Of a DNA stretch of 64,000 nucleotides, positions 32,121-41,088 are shown in pieces. Under the pieces are notes generated by a model. That model searched no databases, was not told the DNA's origin, and saw only the letters and a program-made list of their open reading frames with translations. Source of the stretch: Desulfosudaceae bacterium (GTDB lineage: Bacteria; Desulfobacterota; Desulfobacteria; Desulfobacterales; Desulfosudaceae); contig CAXXDV010000001.1 of the NCBI GenBank assembly GCA_963674745.2, forward strand, positions 2,592,001 through 2,656,000. The letters are read 5' to 3'. Each line of letters opens with the position of its first letter. The stretch's first letter is position 1. The position numbers and the translations under genes were made by a program.

Positions 32121-34078
32121 TGTATGTCTGCGGACTGGAGGATTTGGTTGATTTTGTTCTGGATTTTTTCCTTGTCTTTTTCCGGAGCAAACTCAAGACT
32201 TTGTCGGTAGGTTTCCAGGGCCTTTTCAAGGTTGCCGTTTTTCTTGTAGGCGTCACCAAGGTGTTCCAGCAGGATCGGATCGTTCGGAGACAATTGGAGC
32301 GCCCGGGTTAACAGTTCTATCGCCTTCTCAAATTCACCTTTCTGGTAATACACCCACCCGAGACTGTCGGTGATATATCCGTTATCGGGTTCAATGCGCA
32401 GCGCTTTTTCAATTAAAGACTGGGCCTCATCCAGTTCTATGCCCATATCAGCATATGTATAACCAAGATAATTCAACGCGTTGGCATTGTCGGGCGCAAT
32501 TTTGATAATATTTTTCATCTGCTTGATAACCGCTTCTTTCCGCCCGGTTTTATCATAAACAACACCCAGTCGAAAAAGCAGGTCCATGTTTTCTGGCTCA
32601 ACTTCGATGCCGCGAAGGTACAACGCTTCGGCCTGCTCATACTGCTCCTGCCTTTCCAGAAATGAACCGGCATAAAGCAGCAGCTCAGCATTATCGGATT
32701 CTACTTCAAGCAGTTGATCGAAAATTGCTTGTGCCTTTTGGGGCTGCTCTGTTTCTTCATACAGGAATGCCATTTGCAATCGCGCGGTACTGTAAAATGT
32801 TGAATCGGCGCTTATTTTTGAAAAGTGCTGGATGGCTTTGGCGGGTTTTTGTTGTTTATCTTCAATAACGCCCAGAAGATAGTGGAAATCGGAATTTTCC
32901 GGTGCGCCGCGAAGCAGGCCGACCAGGATCGTTCGCGCGTCGTCAACCCGTTGACGGCTGATAAAAATCTGAGAGATATACTGCATTATCTGTTGAGATA
33001 TCTTGTCACTTTTGCGGCCGAGGCCAATGAGCAGATCATCAGCCTGTTGTTGTTCTCCGACAGAATAGTAGAAAAGGGCAAGTTCCATGACCGCTCTGTA
33101 ATTTTCCGGATAATCATTCAGAATAGAATTATACAGGTCAACGACTTTCTGTCTGCAGGCCGAATCGCAGGATTGAGTTGATCCCGGCAGGATCAGTTTC
33201 TGGCCGGACTTAAGCGCGCTGATGTCTTCTATCTCTGGATTGGCAGCTGAAATTTTTTTGACCAGTTCATCGCTATATCGCTGGTAGTGGGTCTGGCACA
33301 ACGAAAAAAGCGTATCGCCGGACTTGACGGTAACTTCGATATCTGCGGCGGATTCTTGTTGATACAGCTCGATCAGTTCAAAGCGGGGGCTTACCAGGGT
33401 TTTTTCCAGTTCCAGGCAGTGGCGGAAATTTTTTTCAGCAGCCGCGAACTTTTTTTGTTGCGCCTGAATTTTCCCCAGAAAAAAAAAGCCTTCCCATTTT
33501 TCCGGGAACCGCTCGGTCATTTGTTGATAAACGGTTTCCGCTTTTCCCGGCGCATTGTTTTCCAGATAGTATTCTCCGAGAATATGGTATATTTTCTCCT
33601 GGTCCGGTTTCAGTGAAAGGACTTTTTCAAACTCGGAGGCAGCTTCTTTATCCCGGCCGAGCTCTTTTTGTATGGTACCCGCTATAATCAGGCTGCCGAT
33701 GTCTTCCGGGGTTTCGGTTAGAATGTCTTCTATCGTGGCCAGTGCTTTTTCCGTGTCACTGTTCTGCAAATAGAGGTAAACCAGTTCTTTTTTTAAAAAA
33801 ATCGATTCGGGTTGATCCGCTACCGCCTTTTTCATATAGTCAGTGGCCTGTGCGATATCACCATCCCGGCTTTCAATTTCCGACCGCATAAAGTTAAAGT
33901 AGGCATTATCCCCTATGGAAACGGTGGGGTTTTCCTCCGGCATGTTAATCTGGCCGGATGGCAACGTGGTGCACCCGAACACCAGCAGGGTGGTGATTAC
34001 CAGGGCCAGGACATTTATTATGAACAGGTCGGAAAACGTATCTTTATTGTTGGTCGATGTATGATTCAAAATCAGCAA
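32117..34078 (-). CDS. TPR lipoprotein with embedded LysM domain
   Basis: Lipobox VFGC, many TPRs (ALNYLGYTYAD..DSLGWVYY), LysM VTVKSGDTL..LKSGQKLILP; start uncertain. Confidence 0.85.
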   Translation of the reverse strand: MLILNHTSTNNKDTFSDLFIINVLALVITTLLVFGCTTLPSGQINMPEENPTVSIGDNAYFNFMRSEIESRDGDIAQATDYMKKAVADQPESIFLKKELVYLYLQNSDTEKALATIEDILTETPEDIGSLIIAGTIQKELGRDKEAASEFEKVLSLKPDQEKIYHILGEYYLENNAPGKAETVYQQMTERFPEKWEGFFFLGKIQAQQKKFAAAEKNFRHCLELEKTLVSPRFELIELYQQESAADIEVTVKSGDTLFSLCQTHYQRYSDELVKKISAANPEIEDISALKSGQKLILPGSTQSCDSACRQKVVDLYNSILNDYPENYRAVMELALFYYSVGEQQQADDLLIGLGRKSDKISQQIMQYISQIFISRQRVDDARTILVGLLRGAPENSDFHYLLGVIEDKQQKPAKAIQHFSKISADSTFYSTARLQMAFLYEETEQPQKAQAIFDQLLEVESDNAELLLYAGSFLERQEQYEQAEALYLRGIEVEPENMDLLFRLGVVYDKTGRKEAVIKQMKNIIKIAPDNANALNYLGYTYADMGIELDEAQSLIEKALRIEPDNGYITDSLGWVYYQKGEFEKAIELLTRALQLSPNDPILLEHLGDAYKKNGNLEKALETYRQSLEFAPEKDKEKIQNKINQILQSADIQ

Positions 34079-35009
34079 TTTGTTCCCTGAAAAAAGTTTT
34101 CATTTTTTTTATAATGTTGCTCTCCAGTTGCCGGACGCGTTCACGTGAAATATTGTAACGCTCCCCTATCTCCTGAAGCGTTACCGGTTCGTCGGTAAAA
34201 ATCCGGTTGTTGAGAATTTCGATTTCACGTTCATTCAGCGTTTTTTGAAATTCATTCAAGTTTTCCCTGATCAGCTTTTTGAGCTCTTTATCTCCCACCC
34301 GATCTTCCTGGGAAATCGTTTCATCCAGATCGAGCAACTCGCTCCTTTGGGTGTCTGAATCGCTTTTGACGGGTTCATCCAAAGACACATCCCAGGAACT
34401 GAGGCGTTGCTCCATGTTGATGACATCGGCTTGAGGCACGCCCAGTCGTTCGGCCAGCAGTTTCGGCCGCGGTTCGAATCCCTGGTCGATCAACCGCTGT
34501 TTCTCCTTGTTCAGTTTGAAAAACAGTTTTCGCTGGTTCTGGGTTGTGCCGACTTTAACCAGACGCCAGTTATCCATAATGAATTTAAGTATATAAGCCT
34601 TGATCCAGAAGGAAGCATAATAGGAAAATCGTACGTTTTTGTAGGGATCAAATTTTTTGACCGCCTGCATCAGACCGATATTGCCTTCCTGGATAAGATC
34701 AAGCAGGTTCTGCATCCAGACACGCTGAAAGTCCAAAGCGATCTTGACGACCAGTCTCAAATTGGACGTGGCCAGAATGTAGGCCGCTTCATCATCACCC
34801 TCGTCCTGGATAAGTTTGCCCAGCTCGATCTCTTTTTCTCTGGTGATCAGGCCATACCGCGAGACCTCCCTCAAATAACGCTGGAGCGGATCGGTGGTGA
34901 CAAGGCTTTTGCTGGGGGCCTTTGCCGGCACCATGGCTTTTGGCGTTTTCGAGCGCCCCTTCGGTGCCTTTTTATCCGGTTGATCCTGATTTTCAGCGGA
35001 TTTGCTCAT
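34044..35009 (-). CDS. rpoH: RNA polymerase sigma-32 family factor
   Basis: DLIQEGNIGLMQAV, RpoH box VKVGTTQNQRKLFFKL, SRERVRQLE. Confidence 0.9.
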   Translation of the reverse strand: MSKSAENQDQPDKKAPKGRSKTPKAMVPAKAPSKSLVTTDPLQRYLREVSRYGLITREKEIELGKLIQDEGDDEAAYILATSNLRLVVKIALDFQRVWMQNLLDLIQEGNIGLMQAVKKFDPYKNVRFSYYASFWIKAYILKFIMDNWRLVKVGTTQNQRKLFFKLNKEKQRLIDQGFEPRPKLLAERLGVPQADVINMEQRLSSWDVSLDEPVKSDSDTQRSELLDLDETISQEDRVGDKELKKLIRENLNEFQKTLNEREIEILNNRIFTDEPVTLQEIGERYNISRERVRQLESNIIKKMKTFFREQIADFESYIDQQ

Positions 35010-35229
35010 GATTATTGACTGTTCCTGTCGATGTCCGGACCGTGTTTCTGTCCCGAATCAGGGGTAGAGCCCATTTAATTTGTTGTATCTGTATTTAAAT
35101 TTTAATCGTAACGTAAAACAGCCTCTGATACAAGGGGTTTAATTCTTATTTCCGTAACTTTGCCGTTTTTTTCTGAAAATTCTATAGACAATGACCAGGC
35201 GGTATGGTAGTAAAAAATGTTTTTCCAGC

Positions 35230-35306
<77 letters not shown>

Positions 35307-35383
35307 ATCATATCAAACGGTTACGTCCCCAAAGCATCTCGAAATTAAAAGAGAATAAAACCCGAACCAAGGCAGGCATAACT

Positions 35384-37462
35384 ATGACAACAAACACAGT
35401 GGTCCGGCTGGAAAAGGAAAACAACCTGGTGTTGATAAGAATAAACAACCCCCCTGTCAACGCCCTTGGTCATGCTGTCCGGCAGGGTATTTATGACGGC
35501 ATTGCCGATGCGGCCGATGATGATCAGGTTAAGGTAATTATCATTATTTGTGAAGGCCGTACTTTCTGTGCCGGAGCGGATATAAAAGAATTCGGCAAGC
35601 CCCCGCAGTCGCCGGGCCTGGGTGAAGTGCTCGAGCGCATTGACGCTTGTCCCAAACCGGTTATCGCGGCCATCCACGGCACGACGTTGGGTGGGGGGCT
35701 TGAAACCGCTTTGGCCTGCCATTTCCGGGTGGCTCTGGCTTCAACGAAAATGGGATTGCCGGAAGTCAAGCTCGGCCTGATTCCGGGTGCCGGTGGTACC
35801 CAACGGTTGCCAAGGGTAGTGGGTGTAAAAACCGCCCTGGAAATGATTACCTCCGGAAAGCAGGTCAACGCGACCGATGCCCTGGAAGCAGGACTGGTTG
35901 ATAAAATTGTTAACGAAGATCTGGAAGCCGGTGCCCGGGCCTTTGCTCAGGCAATAATTTCTGAAGATAGACCTTTGATACAGGTCAGCCGGCTTGATGA
36001 CAAGCTCCTTCCGGCCCGAGACAACCCCGGTTTGTTTGAAGCTTTCCGGCAATCCATAGCCGCTAGGACAAGAGGGTTTGAAGCACCGGAAGCCTGTGTC
36101 AAAGCGGTTGAGGCGGCCGTGAACATGCCTTTTGAGCAGGGCCTGGCTTTTGAACAGGGGTTGTTTAGAGAGCTTGTGACCGGTACCCAGTCCGCGGCCC
36201 AGCGATACTATTTTTTTGCCGAGCGTCAGACCGCCAAAATTCCCGGTATTTCCAAAGACACTGGAACGCTGGATATCCGCAAGGCGGCCGTAATCGGTGC
36301 CGGCACCATGGGCGGCGGTATTACCATGAACTTTGTCAATGCCGGTATCCCCGTCACGCTGGTGGAGACCACGCAGGAGTTTCTTGACCGGGGGTTGAAT
36401 GTGATCCGCAAAAATTATGATATTTCAGCCGCCAGGGGAAAGATGAAAACAGCGGATGTGGAACAGTGCATGGCCTTGATCACCGGTACACTTTCCATGG
36501 AAGACGTGGCCCGGGCAGATATTGTCATTGAAGCCGTGTATGAAAATATGGACCTCAAAAAAGAGATTTTTTCAAGACTCGACCATATTTGCGGTCCGGA
36601 AACAATCATGGCGACAAATACGTCTTATCTTGATGTCAATGCTATTGCCGCCAAGACCTCCCGACCGGAACATGTTCTGGGCCTGCATTTTTTCAGCCCG
36701 GCCAATGTCATGCGTCTGCTGGAAATCGTTCGAGCGGAAAAAACATCCCAAAAGGTCCTCGCCACCAGTCTTGCCCTGGCCAAAAAGATCAATAAACTGC
36801 CGGTCGTGGTGGGTGTATGTTATGGATTTGCCGGTAACCGCATGTTCGCCCAGCGCAAAAGAGAAGCTGATGCCCTGGTTTTGGAGGGTGCCCTGCCGAC
36901 ACAGGTGGACAAGGTGATGGTTGATTTCGGCTTTCCAATGGGGCCGTTTGCATTGTACGATTTGATCGGCCTGGACCTGGGCTGGCGTCGGGAGGCATCG
37001 ACCGGTTCGACGATCAAGGAAAGATTATGTGAAATGGGCCGTCTGGGCCAGAAATCCGGTTCCGGTTACTACACTTACAAACCCGGCAGCCGCACGCCGA
37101 TTGCAGACCCCGAAATAGAGCAATTGATAAAAGATTTCGCGCAGGAAAAACATATTCACCAGCGGGAAATTTCTGATCAGGAAATAATCGAAAGGTGTAT
37201 TTATCCCATCATTAATGAAGGCGCCAAAATCCTGGAAGAGGGGATTGCCGCCCGCGCCAGCGATCTGGACGTTATCTGGGTCAACGGTTATGGTTGGCCG
37301 GTTTATCGGGGAGGCCCCATGTTTTACGCTGACACCATCGGACTGGATAACACTCTTGAGACAATAAAGGGTTATCAGGCCAGGCTTGGAAACGATTGGC
37401 AGCCTGCCGCGCTGCTGGAAAAACTTGTCGCCCGGGGACAGCGGTTTCAGGATGTTGAATAA
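35384..37462 (+). CDS. Enoyl-CoA hydratase / 3-hydroxyacyl-CoA dehydrogenase (FadB/FadJ-like)
   Basis: [43 protein letters not shown]. Confidence 0.93.
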   Translation: MTTNTVVRLEKENNLVLIRINNPPVNALGHAVRQGIYDGIADAADDDQVKVIIIICEGRTFCAGADIKEFGKPPQSPGLGEVLERIDACPKPVIAAIHGTTLGGGLETALACHFRVALASTKMGLPEVKLGLIPGAGGTQRLPRVVGVKTALEMITSGKQVNATDALEAGLVDKIVNEDLEAGARAFAQAIISEDRPLIQVSRLDDKLLPARDNPGLFEAFRQSIAARTRGFEAPEACVKAVEAAVNMPFEQGLAFEQGLFRELVTGTQSAAQRYYFFAERQTAKIPGISKDTGTLDIRKAAVIGAGTMGGGITMNFVNAGIPVTLVETTQEFLDRGLNVIRKNYDISAARGKMKTADVEQCMALITGTLSMEDVARADIVIEAVYENMDLKKEIFSRLDHICGPETIMATNTSYLDVNAIAAKTSRPEHVLGLHFFSPANVMRLLEIVRAEKTSQKVLATSLALAKKINKLPVVVGVCYGFAGNRMFAQRKREADALVLEGALPTQVDKVMVDFGFPMGPFALYDLIGLDLGWRREASTGSTIKERLCEMGRLGQKSGSGYYTYKPGSRTPIADPEIEQLIKDFAQEKHIHQREISDQEIIERCIYPIINEGAKILEEGIAARASDLDVIWVNGYGWPVYRGGPMFYADTIGLDNTLETIKGYQARLGNDWQPAALLEKLVARGQRFQDVE

Positions 37463-37518
37463 ACCGGATGAAAATATGATAAATTGCCCCGCATGGAGGC
37501 TTTCCGGTTGACAAGAAA

Positions 37519-37552
37519 AGACGCTGCCGCACACATGTGTGCGGCAGCGTCT
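37519..37552. terminator. Perfect 34-bp palindrome between convergent genes; probable terminator
   Basis: AGACGCTGCCGCACACA|TGTGTGCGGCAGCGTCT, followed by TTTCTT on the minus strand. Confidence 0.7.
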
Positions 37553-37574
37553 CAAGGTTTTGTGACCGGACGAA

Positions 37575-39200
37575 TTAATTCAGCGCGGGCAGGGCATCAA
37601 GCATTTTCTTGTCCGAAGATCCGTTCAACTGGAAGCCCACCACATTTCCGGTGGCCGAAAATGCGATATAGGTGGCGTTGGTAATCGGCCTTGGCGTAAA
37701 AAGCTGCTCCGCCATGGCAACCACTTTTTCATAACCGTTCAGACTGATCGTCGTTGTCGCCAACACCCCTCCGTTGTCATTATAAGCCCTCAGGGTAATG
37801 GATGCATTTGTGGCCTCCGTGTTGACAAAAGCGATGCCTGTCCAGCCGTTTTTTTCAATTTTGGGGAATACACCTGCCAGGGCACCGGCTGAACCGCTTT
37901 CGGCATAGGCTGCCAGCTGACTGTTGTCCAGGGTGCTGAACAGCTCGAAGCCGCTGAGCGCTCTGGTGGCGTCAATCTTGAACCAGGCTGTCTGTTCCGG
38001 AAGATCAAGGTTTTTGACCAGGCCGATATATTTTTCTTTGCCCCCGATGGTAAGGTTGGATGTGGCCAGAGCAGTGCCGTCCTGGCTGAAAGGTGTGATG
38101 GTAATGTCGCTGGCGGCAGCTGACGGATTATAGGCGACAATACCGGTCCACCATGATTCCTGGTTGGCCACATGGGGATAGTATATGGTTGTTGCCGTAT
38201 CGTCTGTAAGGAGCAGGCCGTCCAGCTGGGTGGTACTGCCGAAAAGCTCCAGCCCGATGATGCCGCTGGCGTTGGAGATGACGGCAGACTTGATTCCCGT
38301 CTGGGGTTGCCCGCCGAAAAGTCCGGCGATGGTAAATATTTTATGCTCGTTGGCATTAATCGTGTAATTCTTACTTCGGCCGTCACTGAAATTAATGACC
38401 AGGGCTTTCGCCTGGTTGTTTGTATTCACCAGGCTGACACCGGTCCAGAAGTTATTGTTTGAAGCGATGTGTGAAATGTAAATGTTCGACGTGTTGATTT
38501 CTTTTACAGCCGGTATGGCCGTCCTGTATGCTCCTGATTGAAAGAATTTCGTATAACCTTCAACCTCGGCAACCGTATTCGTGGAAAAAACGATGTAACC
38601 GATATTGGCGTGGTTGACAAAGTCATTGGCAACAGTGATTTGTTTGCGGCCCCGGGGCCCAAGCGTAACGTCCATGACCTCCAGGAGGACACCACTGTTG
38701 CTTTTGGCCTTCAGCGTACCGTTGAGGGTCTGATTGGTACTGGTATTGATAATCGCAATCTCCGTCTGCCAGGGCGACCGCGTGGTAACATGCGGGAAAT
38801 AAAGATAGGTGACGTCCAAGGTATCAATGAAATACGCGGTCACGGATTTACTCTGTGAGGCCGTGTTAACCGTTATCGAGTTGGTGGTGTATATAACCGT
38901 GCTGCCATTGGCCTCGACTTTCCAGTAGTCAAAGGCATACCCCGTTGCCGGGACCGCCGTCAACGTATAAGTATCGCTGCACGTATAATCCGCGGGATAG
39001 TACGGTGGAATGGGGTTACCGGAAAAATCATTAGAGGACATATCACCACCACCGGCTGGGCTGACATTCACGGTCAGCGCTGGGCCAGGTCAGGCGGCGG
39101 TTGCCGCACCGGGCATGATCAGGGTGATACAAGAGAAGGCAAGGATCAGGCAAAACAAAAGAAGGCTTTTGTGGTTTAAAAAATGCGTTTTATATATCAT
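37575..39200 (-). CDS. Putative secreted selenoprotein, paralog C (541 aa, Sec37)
   Basis: ATG 39200; MIYKTHFLNHKSLLLFCLILAFSCITLIMPGAATAA-TGA(39090-39092)-PGPALTVNVSPAGGG continues in frame into the 498-aa ORF; SECIS-like hairpin 11 nt after TGA. Confidence 0.8.
39060..39078 (-). promoter_or_regulatory. Putative bacterial SECIS element (paralog C)
   Basis: GCTGAC-CGTGAAT-GTCAGC starting 11 nt 3' of in-frame TGA. Confidence 0.75.
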
Positions 39201-39256
39201 GTTTTTTTCCTTGTTTGTTGAAAAAATTGAACATTAACGAACGGAACGCAAGCCCA

Positions 39257-41050
39257 TCAGTGTAAGGCTGGAAGCCCGTCCATCAGCAATCCGTCTGAAG
39301 AGGCGGTTAACTGAAACCCCACGATATTTTTGCTTGAGGTAAAGGCAATGTAACCGGCAAAAGAAACGTTCTGGGGTGCAAAGAAATTTTCCACCAGGTC
39401 CACTTTTTTGGCAAGACTGCCCACGGTGAAAGTGCGGGAGGCCAATGCCACGCCTTCGTTGGTGTAGGCTGTCAGCGTAATTGTAGCATCACCGGCTTCC
39501 GCGTTGACAAAGGCGATACCGGTCCATCCGTCGGCTTCGATTTTGGGGAAAATACCCTGCCTGGCCCCGGCACCGTTTCTTTCAGCGTAGGCGGCCATTT
39601 TATTGTTATCCAGGGTGCCGAAAAGTTCAAAACCGACCAGGGGCTGGGAAGCGTTGATCTTGAACCAGGCTGTCTCGGATGGCAGGTTAAGACCCCTAAC
39701 CACACCGATATATTTTTCTTTTCCGCCGAGTACAAGTGTGGATTGGGTCAGCATTGCTCCTGTTACACTATAAGGGGTAATCGTAATCTGCGTGCTCAAG
39801 TTCCATGGATTGTAGGCGACGACACCTGTCCACCAGAAGGCCATATTGGCGATATGGGGATAGTAAACGACGGAGGTGGTATCATCCGTCAGCAGAATGC
39901 CATCCAGATGCTTTAAACCGCCGAACATTTCCATGCCGAGAATGCCGTAGGCATTGGTGATCACGGCAGACTGGATATCCGGTTGTGATCCACCCATCAG
40001 GCTGGAGATCGTAAATGCTTTATGCTCTTTGGCGTCAAGGGTTATTACAGCGGTTCGTCCGTTGTTAAAGGTAATAACCGGATTTTGAGGCGCTGAATTT
40101 GTATTCAAAAGGCTGATACCGGTCCAGAACCGTTCGTTCGAGGCAATGTGCGGAATATAAATATTCTGTGTGTTGACCTCGGTTGCCGCCGGTACTGCCG
40201 CCCGGTAGAGCCCTTCCTGTGAGAACTGGGTATACCCCTGAAGGCCGGTATCGGCGGCGTAAAAGATGACGTAGCCAATGTTATCATCGGATACAAAGGG
40301 GTTGGAAAAGTCAGTTACAACATTGTACTCCAGTCGCTCGTGGGGCGCAATCGTGACAGATTTGGTCTCTATCAGTTCTCCGGAATCACTGAATGCTTTC
40401 AGTTTTCCATTGATGCTTTGGGTGGCGTTGGTATTGATTATACCGATGACCGTTTTCCAGGGGAGGTCCGCGTAGATATGGGAGAAGTAGAGCGCAGGTG
40501 TTCCCTCTACTTCATCACCGGGACCCTGGTCTGTGTCATCGCCACCATCACCGTCGTCGCCACCATCACCGTCATCACCACCATCACCGTCATCACCGTT
40601 ATCACCACCACCGGTTCCCGGAGGCGGCTGCGCGCCCGTGTTTGAAAAGTGGGCTGTCACATATTTGCTGTCTGTTTCAATGTTCACGGTAACCGGGTTC
40701 TGAGTGGTTGTGGACACGGTAATTGTTTCGCCGGTACAAGCCACAGTGATCGTTTCAATTTCCCAGTAAACAAAAGAATACCCGTCTGCCGCATTTGCTT
40801 CCGCTCTTAACGTGTATTCGGAACTGGTTGAAAAATTTTCCGGATATGTGTAAGGTGGGCGACTGAAACTATAGCCGAAATCATCGGAATAGATATCACC
40901 GCCGCCGGCCGGGCTGACATCCACGGTCAGCTTGGGACCGCCTCAAGCCAGTGCCTTTCCGGGGGTTGCCACCACAATGATGGTTAACGCCCAAATCGTG
41001 CAAGCGACAAAAAAATTAAGACTATGGAAGAAGATATTATTTCGTCCCAT
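39257..41050 (-). CDS. Putative secreted selenoprotein, paralog B (597 aa, Sec36) with Gly/Asp linker
   Basis: AAGGAGG RBS, ATG 41050; MGRNNIFFHSLNFFVACTIWALTIIVVATPGKALA-TGA(40943-40945)-GGPKLTVDVSPAGGG in frame with the 555-aa ORF. Confidence 0.82.
40535..40606 (-). repeat. 18-bp coding tandem repeat (GDGGDD-like x4)
   Basis: gtcatcgccaccatcacc-type units encoding GDNGDDGDGGDDGDGGDDGDGGDD. Confidence 0.85.
40913..40931 (-). promoter_or_regulatory. Putative bacterial SECIS element (paralog B)
   Basis: GCTGAC-CGTGGAT-GTCAGC starting 11 nt 3' of in-frame TGA. Confidence 0.75.
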
Positions 41051-41088
41051 ATTGTTCCTCCTTATTCGGAAGTTTCGTCAACGAACAA

